A stretch of DNA of 64,000 nucleotides from Mycobacteriales bacterium (GTDB lineage: Bacteria > Actinomycetota > Actinomycetes > JAFAQI01). Of this stretch, positions 52,994 through 62,059 are shown piece by piece. The stretch covers positions 5,884 to 69,883 of the forward strand of contig DATAUF010000130.1 in assembly GCA_036268405.1 (NCBI GenBank). The letters run 5' to 3'. The notes below the pieces were generated by a model. It had not been told where the DNA came from. It saw nothing but the letters and a program-made list of their open reading frames with translations, and did no database searches. Numbering within the stretch: the stretch's first letter is position 1; each line of letters starts with the position of its first letter. Both the position numbers and the translations under genes were made by a program.

Positions 52994-53200
52994 TCAAGCG
53001 GGGCGCAGGACGATCCAGATCCGCTCGATCTTGTCGTCCGGCAAGTCGTACCCGACTCGCTCCACGACATACGGCACGCCGGCGATGCGCACGTTTTCCC
53101 CGGTTCTCGGCAAGGGGGAGCTTTCCCAGCTCGTGGCGATCTCGTTGTTGTCGGGGTCGATGTAGGTCACGGCGACCTGCTCGCGGAACACACTCGCCAT
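52994..53200 (-). CDS. Small hypothetical protein (68 aa) coupled to the ftsY 3' end
   Basis: The ATG lies 2 nt after the ftsY stop (TAGCAATG). GC3-rich codons and no family recognised. Confidence 0.5.
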   Translation of the reverse strand: MASVFREQVAVTYIDPDNNEIATSWESSPLPRTGENVRIAGVPYVVERVGYDLPDDKIERIWIVLRPA

Positions 53201-53202
53201 TG

Positions 53203-54402
53203 CTATCCGCCCAACAGCGCTTCGATGAAGACGGCGGGCTCGAAGGGCGCGAGATCGTCCGGCCCCTCGCCGAGACCGACGAGCTTGACCGGTACGCCGA
53301 TCTCACGCTGTACCGCGATCACGATGCCGCCCTTGGCGGTGCCGTCGAGCTTGGTGAGCACGATCCCCGTGACGTCAACCACCTCGGCGAACATCCTTGC
53401 CTGCACCACGCCGTTCTGACCGGTCGTGGCATCGAGCACGAGCAGCACCTCGTCGACGGGCCCCTGGCGCTCGACCACCCGCTTGACCTTGCCGAGCTCG
53501 TCCATCAGCCCGGTCTTGGTGTGCAGCCGGCCGGCGGTGTCGATCACGACGGTGTCGACGCCGCGCTCGGTGCCGTCGTGGACCGCATCGAACGCCACGC
53601 TCGCTGGATCCGCGCCTTCCGGACCGCGCACCACCGATGCGCCGACCCGCTCGGCCCAGGTCGCGAGCTGGTCGGCCGCGGCAGCCCGGAACGTGTCCGC
53701 GGCGCCGAGCAGGACGGTGCCGCCGTCGCCGACCAGCACGCGGGCAAGCTTGCCGCAGGTAGTTGTCTTGCCGGTGCCGTTGACTCCGACGACGAGCACG
53801 ATCGCCGGGCGCCCGTCATGCGGCGCAGTCCGCAGCGAGCGGTCGGTGTCGGCCCCGACCGCATCGAGCAATGACTGCCGAAGCAGCCCACGGACATCCT
53901 CGATCGAGCGGGTGCCCATCACCCGCACCCGCTCGCGGAGCGACGCGACGATCTCATTGGTGGCGGTCAACCCGACATCACTGGTGAGCAGCGTGTCCTC
54001 GACCGCTTCCCAGGCCTCCTCGTCGATGGTGTCGCGCGAGAGCAGCGTGAGCAGCCCGCGCCCGAGCGCGGACTGCGAGCCCGACAATCGCCCACGAAGC
54101 CGGACCAGCCGCCCGGCCGAAGGCTCGGGAACCTCAAGCTGCGGCTCCGGCGGTGCCTGTGTTTCAACCGGCCGAGCCGGCGTCTCCACCGGCGGAGCCG
54201 GCGTCTCAACCGGCGGAGCCGGTGTCCCAGCCGGCGGAGCCGGCGGCGCATCGACGTCTGGCGGTGGCGCCTCAACCACTGACGCGGGCGGCGTCGGCGC
54301 TTCAGCGGCTCTGCGTCGTCCTCTCGACGGCGCGAGAACAAGGCCGAGTACGGCAGCGACGAGCAGAACTGCTACGACGATGCCGACGATCACGTACACC
54401 AT
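53203..54402 (-). CDS. ftsY: Signal recognition particle receptor FtsY
   Basis: N-terminal TM, Pro-rich heptad repeats, then an NG domain (GVNGTGKTTT, DTAGRL). ATGA overlap with the smc stop. Confidence 0.93.
   Translation of the reverse strand: MVYVIVGIVVAVLLVAAVLGLVLAPSRGRRRAAEAPTPPASVVEAPPPDVDAPPAPPAGTPAPPVETPAPPVETPARPVETQAPPEPQLEVPEPSAGRLVRLRGRLSGSQSALGRGLLTLLSRDTIDEEAWEAVEDTLLTSDVGLTATNEIVASLRERVRVMGTRSIEDVRGLLRQSLLDAVGADTDRSLRTAPHDGRPAIVLVVGVNGTGKTTTCGKLARVLVGDGGTVLLGAADTFRAAAADQLATWAERVGASVVRGPEGADPASVAFDAVHDGTERGVDTVVIDTAGRLHTKTGLMDELGKVKRVVERQGPVDEVLLVLDATTGQNGVVQARMFAEVVDVTGIVLTKLDGTAKGGIVIAVQREIGVPVKLVGLGEGPDDLAPFEPAVFIEALLGG
54166..54249 (-). repeat. In-frame 21-nt tandem repeats (4 units) inside the ftsY N-terminal linker
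   Basis: Units start at 54166, 54187, 54208 and 54229 (consensus aACCGGCGGAGCCGGCGTCTC) and encode PAPPVET-type heptads. Confidence 0.85.
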
Positions 54403-57400
54403 CAGACGGGCTCCGGTTCCGGCTCACGCAGCCGCTGGCTGATCACTTCGGTGATGCCGTCGCCGCGCATCGATACGCCGTAGAGGCAGTCCGCGACCTC
54501 CATGGTGCGCTTCTGGTGCGTCACGACGATGAGCTGAGACGTCGACTTGAGCTCGGCCAGCAGCTCGACGAGCCGGAGCAGGTTGCGATCGTCGAGCGCA
54601 GCCTCGACCTCGTCGAGAACGTAGAAGGGCGAAGGCCTCGCCCGGAAGATGGCGACCAGCATCGCGATCGCGGTCAGCGACCGCTCACCGCCCGACAGCA
54701 GCGACAGCCGCTTGACCTTCTTGCCCGGCGGCCGCGCCTCGACGTCGACGCCGGTCAGCAGCCAGTCGTTCGGCTCGGTGCGGACCAGCCGGCCGGTGCC
54801 CCCCGGGAACAGCACGGAGAAGACGGTCTCGAACTCGCGCGCAACATCCTCGTATGCCTCGCGAAAGACCTGCTCGACGCGCTCATCCACCTCCTTCACG
54901 ACCACGAGGAGGTCGCGCCGGGAGGCCTTGAGATCCTCGAGCTGCTCGGAGAGGAACTTGTGCCGCTCCTCGAGCGCCGCGAACTCCTCCAGCGCCAGCG
55001 GGTTGATCTTGCCCAGCAGTGCGAGGGCGCGCTCGGCGGACCGCCACCGCTTCTCCTGAACCACCCGGTCGTACGGCGTGGCGACCGATTCCGGAGGGCC
55101 GTCCGAGGGCGGCGGAACCGAGACCTCGGGGCCGTACTCCACCAGCAACGTGTCGGGCTCCACCCCGAACTCCTCGGCGACCTTCGCCTCGAGCGCCTCG
55201 ATCCTCAGGCGCTGCTCCGCACGAGCGACCTCGTCGCGGTGCACCGCACCGGTGAGTGTCTCGAGCTCCGCCGACAGATCACGGACCGAGGCACGGACCG
55301 CCAGCAGCTCGCCGTCGGTAACCGTGCGCTGCTGCTCGACCGATGCCCGTTGTGCGGCAGCAGCATCGAGTGAGCGCTCCAGACCTTCGAGCGCACGGCT
55401 CGCCGCCGTTGCGACGGCTGCGGCGACGACTGCCTCCCGCCCGCGGCGGCGGACCAGCTCGGCCGCTCGCTGCCGTGCGGCGCTCTCGGCCTCCGCCGCG
55501 GTCTCCAGCGCCGTGACTCGCGCGCCGAGCGCCGAGCGCCGCTCCTCGTCGGTACGCACGGCGAGCCGAGCGTCCAGCTCGCGGGACCGGGTGGCGACGA
55601 CCAGCTCGGCAACTCGGTCGCGCTCACCCTCGTCGGGCGTCGCGCTGTCGGGCACCGCCTCGGCCGCCACGAGCCGCTCTTCGAGAGCGCTGAGCCCCTG
55701 AAGATCGCGATCGCGTGCCGCGGATGCCTCCTCGACCGCCCGGGCAAGTCGTTCGCTCTCTCCCGCGGTGGCCCGGGCGGCTGCCCCGAGCTGGCCGAGC
55801 CGCTCGGCGACAGCGGCGAGGCGGGCATCGGACTCGTGCAGCGCGCCGACTGCCGCTTCGAGATCCTCGCGGCGGGCGGCAACCTCCTCGCTGGCGCCCG
55901 AAAGAGCGAAGCGGAGCCGCTCGACGCGATGCGACAGCTCGCCGAGGAGCTGCTCGGCTTCACTGTGTGCAGCGCGGATCTCGAGCAGCGACGGTGCCGA
56001 CATCGACCCGCCAGCGGACCAGCCCACGCCGAAGACGTCACCGTCGCGCGTCACAGCCCGAAGGTCGGGGTGCGCAGCGACGACTCGCTGCGCGTCGTCG
56101 GCATTGTCAACGATGACCGTCGCGTCGAGCAGCCTCGTCAGCGCGCCCATCAAGGCGGCGTCGGCGCTCACCGCCTCAATCGCGATCCGCGCGCCCTCGG
56201 GAACGCCGGTTGCCGGCGGAGACGGCCGCTCGGCAGCACCGACGAGCAGTCCCGCCCGGCCGCCGTCCTCGCTCTTCAGCAGCGCGATTGCCGCGGCAGC
56301 ATCGGCGAGGGTGCGGACGGCGACGGCGTCCGCCGCCGTACCCAGTGCCGCCGCAATCGCCGCCTCGAAGCCGGTTTCGACGCTCACGAGCTCCGCAACG
56401 GTTCCGAGCAGGCCGTCCAGCCGGCCCCGCGCGGCGATCAGTGCCGCGGTGGCGTCCTTTCGCTCGAGTCCGAGCGCAAGTGCGTCGCGGCGGGCGGCGA
56501 CGGCACTGCGCTGACGTTCGGTTTCCCGCTCCTCGTCCTGCAGTGCGGCGAGATTCTCCTCGGCGCCCGACAGAGCCGCAGCTGCCGCCTCGTGGGTTGC
56601 GTCGAGGTCGACCTCGCCGGCATCAAGTCCGGCGACCTCGCCTTCCAAGGCGGCGAACTCGGCGGCGGCCTTCGCGGCGCGCTCCTGAGCGGCCTCCCAG
56701 GAGGTGGACAACCGTCCGATCTCGTCCTGTGCCGCTCGGGCTCGCGTGCGAAGCGCCGTCACCTCGCCGTGCAGCCGGACCTTGCCCTCCCGCCGGTCGG
56801 CCAAGGACTGCCGGGCGGCAGCGAGCGCCTGCTCCTCTGCGGTCAGCGAGGTCTCGAGCCGCATCCGCTCGGCCTCGATGGCTGCGAGCCGCTCGCGGTC
56901 AGCGGCGAGCGTCTCGTCCACCTCACCTGCCTCGACCTTGAGCTGGTCGATCTCGGCCTGCCAGGCGAGCGGGTCGCGTCCCCCGGTGCCGAGGTCGACC
57001 TCGATGGCGGTGTTGCGCTGCCGCTCCGCGGCCAGCGATGCCGTGCCGCGCATCCGCTCGCGCAGGCCCGCCAGGCGGTACCACGTCTCCTGCGCGCGAG
57101 CCAGCATCGGCGTCTGCTCGGCGAGCGCCCGGTCGAGTATTGCCTCGCGGGCGCTCGACTCCGACAAGGTCGCCTCGACCCGCGCTCGGCGGGACAGCAA
57201 CGCGGTCTCGTCTGCCACCTCCGCGTCGAACGCTCCGCGCAACGTCGTCAGGTCATCGGCGAGCAGTCGCAGCCGGGCGTCGCGGAGGTCTGCCTGGATC
57301 ACCGAGGCGCGCCGGGCCACGTCGGCCTGCTGGCCGAGCGGCTTGAGCTGGCGTCGCAGCTCGCCCGTCAGGTCGCCCAGGCGGTTGAGATTCACCTGCA

Positions 57401-57950
57401 TCGCGTCGAGCTTGCGAAGCGCCTTCTCCTTGCGCTTGCGGTGCTTCAGTACGCCGGCGGCCTCCTCGATGAACCCGCGCCGCTCCTCGGGCGTCGCGGA
57501 CAGGATGGCGTCGAGCTGGCCCTGCCCCACGATGACGTGCATCTCACGACCGATACCGGAGTCGGAGAGCAGCTCTTGGATATCGAGCAACCGGCAGGGC
57601 GAGCCGTTGATGGCGTACTCCGAGCCACCGTTGCGGAACATGATCCGCGACAGCGTGACCTCGGTGAAGTCGATCGGCAGTGCGCCGTCGGTGTTGTCGA
57701 TCGTGAGGACGACCTCGGCGCGGCCCAGCGCCGGGCGGCCCGACGTGCCGGCGAAGATGACGTCTTCCATCTTCCCGCCGCGCAGAGATTTCGCGCCCTG
57801 TTCGCCGAGCACCCAAGCGATCGCGTCGACGACGTTGGACTTTCCTGAACCGTTGGGTCCGACGATTGCCGTGACACCCGGTTCGAAGCGAAGGGTCGTC
57901 GAAGACGCGAAGGACTTGAACCCACGCAGGGTCAAGCTCGCAAGATGCAC
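54402..57950 (-). CDS. smc: Chromosome partition protein Smc
   Basis: 1182 aa with GPNGSGKSN Walker A, long coiled coils, a hinge, and LSGGERSLTAIA signature plus Walker B. Confidence 0.95.
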   Translation of the reverse strand: MHLASLTLRGFKSFASSTTLRFEPGVTAIVGPNGSGKSNVVDAIAWVLGEQGAKSLRGGKMEDVIFAGTSGRPALGRAEVVLTIDNTDGALPIDFTEVTLSRIMFRNGGSEYAINGSPCRLLDIQELLSDSGIGREMHVIVGQGQLDAILSATPEERRGFIEEAAGVLKHRKRKEKALRKLDAMQVNLNRLGDLTGELRRQLKPLGQQADVARRASVIQADLRDARLRLLADDLTTLRGAFDAEVADETALLSRRARVEATLSESSAREAILDRALAEQTPMLARAQETWYRLAGLRERMRGTASLAAERQRNTAIEVDLGTGGRDPLAWQAEIDQLKVEAGEVDETLAADRERLAAIEAERMRLETSLTAEEQALAAARQSLADRREGKVRLHGEVTALRTRARAAQDEIGRLSTSWEAAQERAAKAAAEFAALEGEVAGLDAGEVDLDATHEAAAAALSGAEENLAALQDEERETERQRSAVAARRDALALGLERKDATAALIAARGRLDGLLGTVAELVSVETGFEAAIAAALGTAADAVAVRTLADAAAAIALLKSEDGGRAGLLVGAAERPSPPATGVPEGARIAIEAVSADAALMGALTRLLDATVIVDNADDAQRVVAAHPDLRAVTRDGDVFGVGWSAGGSMSAPSLLEIRAAHSEAEQLLGELSHRVERLRFALSGASEEVAARREDLEAAVGALHESDARLAAVAERLGQLGAAARATAGESERLARAVEEASAARDRDLQGLSALEERLVAAEAVPDSATPDEGERDRVAELVVATRSRELDARLAVRTDEERRSALGARVTALETAAEAESAARQRAAELVRRRGREAVVAAAVATAASRALEGLERSLDAAAAQRASVEQQRTVTDGELLAVRASVRDLSAELETLTGAVHRDEVARAEQRLRIEALEAKVAEEFGVEPDTLLVEYGPEVSVPPPSDGPPESVATPYDRVVQEKRWRSAERALALLGKINPLALEEFAALEERHKFLSEQLEDLKASRRDLLVVVKEVDERVEQVFREAYEDVAREFETVFSVLFPGGTGRLVRTEPNDWLLTGVDVEARPPGKKVKRLSLLSGGERSLTAIAMLVAIFRARPSPFYVLDEVEAALDDRNLLRLVELLAELKSTSQLIVVTHQKRTMEVADCLYGVSMRGDGITEVISQRLREPEPEPV

Positions 57951-57970
57951 CCGTGAAGCTCCCGGGAAGA

Positions 57971-57994
57971 GGCGGTCAGGCGGGGAAGACCGCC
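57971..57994 (-). terminator. Candidate hairpin between the small coiled-coil ORF and smc
   Basis: GGCGGTC/GACCGCC 7-bp stem with a 10-nt loop. The minus-strand RNA is followed by UCUUCCC. Weak U-tract. Confidence 0.3.
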
Positions 57995-58027
57995 CGCAAC
58001 GCTAGCCGACGGTGCGGGGGGATGCGC

Positions 58028-58246
58028 TCAGGTTAGGGCGGGCTCGTGCTCGCGGGCGTTCTCTGCGACGGTCAGCCTCACCATCTCCTCGTCCACGTGG
58101 GCCACCGAGCTGAGCTCGGCGTTCTCCACGCGAAGCCGGATGACTTCGTTCTCGAGGTCGCGGACCCGGTCACGGAGCCGCTTCAACTCGGAGGCCAGAC
58201 GTACGTCGAGACCGCTCCCGACATGACCCATAAGGGCTTTCGCCAT
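58028..58246 (-). CDS. Small coiled-coil hypothetical protein (72 aa)
   Basis: ATG 58246 with GGAGGA 9 nt upstream. Heptad-like LKRLRDRVRDLENEVIRLRVENAEL. The upstream part of track ORF 58028..58432 spans an intergenic repeat and looks non-coding. Confidence 0.5.
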   Translation of the reverse strand: MAKALMGHVGSGLDVRLASELKRLRDRVRDLENEVIRLRVENAELSSVAHVDEEMVRLTVAENAREHEPALT

Positions 58247-58300
58247 TCTTGCTGATCCTCCACGGTGAGGACGTGTCGAAGCCATCCCGCGCGCTGCTGG

Positions 58301-58343
58301 CTCTGCACATTCCAGACCCACGCTCTGCACATTCCAGACCCAC
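58301..58343. repeat. Tandem direct repeat, 2 x 21 nt identical at a 22-bp period
   Basis: CTCTGCACATTCCAGACCCAC at 58301-58321 and again at 58323-58343, intergenic between fpg and the small coiled-coil ORF. Confidence 0.9.
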
Positions 58344-58349
58344 AGCGAA

Positions 58350-58363
58350 CGGGGAAGCCCCCG
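58350..58363 (-). terminator. Candidate small hairpin downstream of fpg
   Basis: CGGGG-GCUU-CCCCG on the minus-strand RNA, followed by UUCGCUGU, about 80 nt after the fpg stop. Confidence 0.3.
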
Positions 58364-58441
58364 ACTGGTGACGCCAGCGGCGATGTTGCGCCGTAGCCCC
58401 TCAAGTGTGACGCCGACTGAAGCGGTGGTCAAGATGTGGGA

Positions 58442-59302
58442 TCAGGCGATCCTGCGAGGCCGTCTTTGGCAGTGCGGGCACAGGTACGACGACCGGTTCG
58501 TGAACTGCATCCGGACGATCGGTGTGCCGCAGCGTGAGCACGGCCGCCCTTCCTGGCCGTAGACCTCCAGCGAGCGGTCGAACCAGCCGCTCTCGCCGTT
58601 CACGGCGACGTAGAGCGCGTCAAAGGAGGTGCCGCCCGCGGAGATCGCCTCGCGGAGGACCTCGTCGACCGCATCGAGCAGCCGCTCGACCTCGACGGGG
58701 CGCAGCCGCTCGGTGGGCCGCTCGAAGTGCAGCCGGGCGCGCCACAGCGACTCATCCGCGTAGATGTTCCCGATGCCCGACACCAACGTCTGGTCCAGGA
58801 TGGCCCGCTTGACCCCCGTGTGGCGGCGGCGCATCGCGAGGCTGACGCGTCGCCGGTCGTACGCCGGTTCGAGCGGGTCGGGCGCGACGTGGCGAAGCGC
58901 CCACGGCACTCCGTCCGCGGTCAGCCCGCCGTCGTCCAGAGCCAAGCCCCCGAACGTCCGCTGGTCACAGAACCGCAGTTCGGGTCCGTCGTCGTCGAAG
59001 CGCCATCGGGCACGCTGATGCCGGCTCGGCGGCGCATTCGCAGGCAGTGCCAGGAACTGGCCTGACATTCCGAGGTGTGCCAACAGGTTCACCCCGTCGT
59101 CGAGCGGCAGCCACAGATACTTCCCGCGCCGTCGCGCTGCCTCGACGCGGCGCCCGGCCATCCGCGCGACGAAGTCTTCCGGACCGGACGGATGACGGCG
59201 CACGGTCCGCTCTCCCGAGACCTCGACGTCGATGATGCGACGCCCGACGACCCAGCGCTCCAGTCCGACCCGGACAGTTTCGACTTCGGGAAGCTCAGGC
59301 AC
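58442..59302 (-). CDS. mutM: Formamidopyrimidine-DNA glycosylase
   Basis: MPELPEVE start and C-terminal zinc finger CSRCGTPI...CPHCQ. Confidence 0.93.
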   Translation of the reverse strand: MPELPEVETVRVGLERWVVGRRIIDVEVSGERTVRRHPSGPEDFVARMAGRRVEAARRRGKYLWLPLDDGVNLLAHLGMSGQFLALPANAPPSRHQRARWRFDDDGPELRFCDQRTFGGLALDDGGLTADGVPWALRHVAPDPLEPAYDRRRVSLAMRRRHTGVKRAILDQTLVSGIGNIYADESLWRARLHFERPTERLRPVEVERLLDAVDEVLREAISAGGTSFDALYVAVNGESGWFDRSLEVYGQEGRPCSRCGTPIVRMQFTNRSSYLCPHCQRRPRRIA

Positions 59303-60029
59303 TATCAGTCGGGGCCGAGCCGGCGCGGGCTGTGTCCAATGGGACGGCGCTCAGCGCCGTCCACGCCTGTTCGGCCGCCCCCTGCTCGGCCTCCTTCTTG
59401 GAGTTGCCGGCACCTTCACCCACAGGATCCCCTCCTAGCAACGCGGTGGCGCGGAAGGACTTCGCGTGATCCGGCCCGCTCTCCTCGACGGCGTACTCCG
59501 GTGAGCCGAGGCCGCGCACGGCGGCGAGCTCCTGCAGTGACGTCTTCCAGTCAAGGCCCGCGCCCAGACCAGCGGCCTCATCCATCGCCGCCGCGAACAG
59601 TCGCAGCACAAGAAGGCGGGTCGGCTCGAGCCCCCGGTCGAGGTAGTAGGCGCCGATCACGGCTTCGAGAGCGTCGGCGAGGATCGAGGACTTGTCCCGG
59701 CCGCCGGTGGTTTCTTCGCCGCGACCGAGCTTGAGGTACGCCCCGAGCCCGATCTCCCGCCCGACGCCGGCCAGGGCGCGGGCGTTGACGACGGCCGCGC
59801 GAAGCTTGGCGAGCTGGCCCTCCGCGAGGGCCGGGAAGCGACGGTAGAGCTCCTCGGTGATGATCACGCCGAGAACCGAGTCACCGAGGAACTCCAGGCG
59901 CTCGTTGGTCGGCACCCCGCCGTTCTCGTATGCGAAGGACCGGTGGGTGATCGCCAGATCGACCACGTCGGCGCCGACGTCGCCACCCAGTGCCTCGATC
60001 AGACCCGCGAGGAGCTCGCCCTCAGGCAT
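59295..60029 (-). CDS. rnc: Ribonuclease III
   Basis: [11 protein letters not shown] signature and a C-terminal dsRBD. Confidence 0.93.
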   Translation of the reverse strand: MPEGELLAGLIEALGGDVGADVVDLAITHRSFAYENGGVPTNERLEFLGDSVLGVIITEELYRRFPALAEGQLAKLRAAVVNARALAGVGREIGLGAYLKLGRGEETTGGRDKSSILADALEAVIGAYYLDRGLEPTRLLVLRLFAAAMDEAAGLGAGLDWKTSLQELAAVRGLGSPEYAVEESGPDHAKSFRATALLGGDPVGEGAGNSKKEAEQGAAEQAWTALSAVPLDTARAGSAPTDSA

Positions 60030-60261
60030 TTGCGGTGCTGCGATGTTGGGCGAGGTAGTCGTCGATCTCGCCGAGCGTGGTCACCCGCCCGAGCGTGGCG
60101 TCGTCGATGTGCACGACGGTCCCGTTGTGGGACAGGTCGGCTTCGACGACATCCGCGATTCCGACTCGCACGAGGGAGTCGGCGTTGAGCTCGGCGAGCG
60201 TGGTCTGCGGGCTCAGCGAGACGCCGTCGACGCCGCACACCAGGGCCACGGCGGTGCGCAC
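60022..60261 (-). CDS. Acyl/peptidyl carrier protein-like small protein (PP-binding-like)
   Basis: Manual translation gives [82 protein letters not shown] serine motif with carrier-domain helix pattern, GC3-rich. The stop overlaps the rnc ATG by 8 nt. The start is uncertain (GTG 60261, or CTG 60297/60273). Confidence 0.6.
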   Translation of the reverse strand: MRTAVALVCGVDGVSLSPQTTLAELNADSLVRVGIADVVEADLSHNGTVVHIDDATLGRVTTLGEIDDYLAQHRSTANA

Positions 60262-60293
60262 TGAGTCCGACAGCCGAGGGACCGTGAGCTCAC

Positions 60294-60467
60294 TCAGACG
60301 GCAACGACCTGGCGATCGTTGTAGGTGCCGCACACGGAGCACGCGGTGTGCGGCAGCTTGGGCTGACGACAGCGCGGGCAGTTGACGAGGGACGGCGCGC
60401 TGGCCTTCCACTGCGAGCGGCGAGATCGCGTGTTGCTGCGCGACATCCGGCGCTTGGGGACGGCCAC
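60294..60467 (-). CDS. rpmF: 50S ribosomal protein L32
   Basis: Manual translation from GTG 60467 gives [57 protein letters not shown] (57 aa, below the ORF-track cutoff). Confidence 0.92.
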   Translation of the reverse strand: MAVPKRRMSRSNTRSRRSQWKASAPSLVNCPRCRQPKLPHTACSVCGTYNDRQVVAV

Positions 60468-60469
60468 GG

Positions 60470-61012
60470 TTAGTTCTCCTCATTCGGCGTGCTTGTCGTG
60501 GTGCTGTCCTTCAAGAGTGCAAGGGCAGCCCATCGCGGGTCAAGGTCGTCGTGTGCGTGATGCGGTTCGACGTCGGCCAGCCGGGCGCCACAAGTGGCGC
60601 AAAGACCCGGGCAGTCGGGGTCGCAGAGCGGGTTGAACGGAAGAGCGAGCACGACCGCGTCCCGGACCACCGGTTCGAGATCGAGCGTGTCTCCGTCGAG
60701 GATAAGCGACTCGTCGTCCTCAGGGTCCGGCTCGTAGGCGTACAGCTCCTGGACGGGCACCCTGACCTCGATCTCGAGCGGGTCGAGGCAGCGGCCGCAT
60801 TCGGCGGTGACCGGCACCTCGATCTCGGCGGTGAGGAGCACTCCGTCCATGACGGACTCAAAGCGGGCGTCGATCACGACAGGCGTGCCGGAAGGCACCT
60901 GCACCAGCTCGAGACCCCAGCCGTCGGGAGCGGTGGCTTCGATGCGCTCCTCGCGCATCGAGCCCGGCCGGCGCCCGAGTTCACGGGTGTCATAACGGAA
61001 GGGCGAGCGCAC
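60470..61012 (-). CDS. yceD: YceD/DUF177 family protein (large-subunit rRNA accumulation)
   Basis: 180 aa, acidic, with CxxC...CxxC ([13 protein letters not shown]), immediately upstream of rpmF as is conserved across bacteria. Confidence 0.85.
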   Translation of the reverse strand: MRSPFRYDTRELGRRPGSMREERIEATAPDGWGLELVQVPSGTPVVIDARFESVMDGVLLTAEIEVPVTAECGRCLDPLEIEVRVPVQELYAYEPDPEDDESLILDGDTLDLEPVVRDAVVLALPFNPLCDPDCPGLCATCGARLADVEPHHAHDDLDPRWAALALLKDSTTTSTPNEEN

Positions 61013-61034
61013 GTGAATCGAGGCTACCGGCGCA

Positions 61035-61538
61035 TCAGCCGGGAAGGGGTTCTACTTCTTCGTCCTCGTCGACGTCCTGGAGAGCTTCGAGCTCGTGCCG
61101 ACCGTTGATCTTGTTGCGACCGTGCTCGACCGCATGCAGCGTGCGGTTCAGCACGATCTCGAAGTTGGCGAGCTTGCCATCTACGTAGTCGTCGACCTCG
61201 CGCCGCATTCGCTCGGACTCCGAGTTGGCAGCGCCGACGAGCCGCTCGGCCTCACGCGTGGCTTCCTTGACGACCTCGGTGCGTGAGACGAGACGAGAGC
61301 GCTCGGCCTCAGCCTCCGCGAGGATCGCCTGAGCCTCGACCCGGCCCTCTTCGACGACCGTGGAGCGGTCTCGCAGCAGGCTGCGCGCCTTGCGCAGCTC
61401 TTCCGGGAGGGCCTTGCGCAGCTCCTCGACCGCTTCGAGCATCTCGTTGCGGTTGACGATGCAGGACGCGGACATGGGCATGGCGCGGGCGTTCTCGATC
61501 ATCGCGACGAACTCGTCGAGCTTTTCGGAGATGCCCAC
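61035..61538 (-). CDS. DivIVA-like coiled-coil protein, Rv2927c/SepIVA-like (shorter)
   Basis: LDEFVAMIENARAMPMSASCIVNRNEMLEAVEELRKALPEEL and DDYVDGKLANFEIVLNRTL match my memory of SepIVA termini. Same position next to yceD as in mycobacteria. Confidence 0.6.
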   Translation of the reverse strand: MGISEKLDEFVAMIENARAMPMSASCIVNRNEMLEAVEELRKALPEELRKARSLLRDRSTVVEEGRVEAQAILAEAEAERSRLVSRTEVVKEATREAERLVGAANSESERMRREVDDYVDGKLANFEIVLNRTLHAVEHGRNKINGRHELEALQDVDEDEEVEPLPG

Positions 61539-61573
61539 GGATGCCTGTGCCTCCTGTGCTTGGTTCAGTGCGT

Positions 61574-62059
61574 TCAGTGAGACGGTTCAGCGAGTCGCTG
61601 TCGCAACCGGCGGTGCACGGCCTCCGGCACCAGCTTGGAGACGTCACCGCCGTACATCGCAACCTCTTTGACAAGGCTCGATGACAAAAAACTGTAGTGC
61701 GGGTCGGCTGGCATGAACAACGTGTCGACCTTGGCGAGCGAGTGGTTCATCTGACCCATCTGCAGCTCGTAGTCGAAATCGCTGACTGCGCGCAGGCCCT
61801 TGACGATCGCCTTGATCTCACGGGCGACGCAGAAGTCGACGAGCAGACCGCGAAATACGTCGACCGAGACGTTGGACAGGTGAGCGGTCGCCTCCGTGAT
61901 CATCTCGATGCGCTCGTCGGGCTCGAACAACCGGTTCTTCGACTGGTTGATCCCGACCACGACGACGATCTCGTCGAATAGACAGCTGGCTCGCTCGATC
62001 ACATCGAGATGGCCGTTGGTGATGGGATCGAACGAGCCGGGACACACCGCCCGCCTCAT
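61574..62059 (-). CDS. coaD: Phosphopantetheine adenylyltransferase
   Basis: AVCPGSFDPITNGHLD motif. Confidence 0.93.
   Translation of the reverse strand: MRRAVCPGSFDPITNGHLDVIERASCLFDEIVVVVGINQSKNRLFEPDERIEMITEATAHLSNVSVDVFRGLLVDFCVAREIKAIVKGLRAVSDFDYELQMGQMNHSLAKVDTLFMPADPHYSFLSSSLVKEVAMYGGDVSKLVPEAVHRRLRQRLAEPSH

Noticed and set aside
58301-58343. The tandem repeat considered as a minimal CRISPR array.
   Set aside because: There are only two contiguous copies with a 1-nt gap, so no spacers. No leader and no cas genes are in the window. It is kept as a regulatory or slippage repeat instead.
60262-60483. N-terminal 74 codons of the 153-aa track ORF 60022..60483.
   Set aside because: This part overlaps the clearly real rpmF (L32) gene in a different frame and translates to Arg/Pro/Ala-rich sequence. 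Only the portion downstream of the rpmF stop has carrier-protein character.
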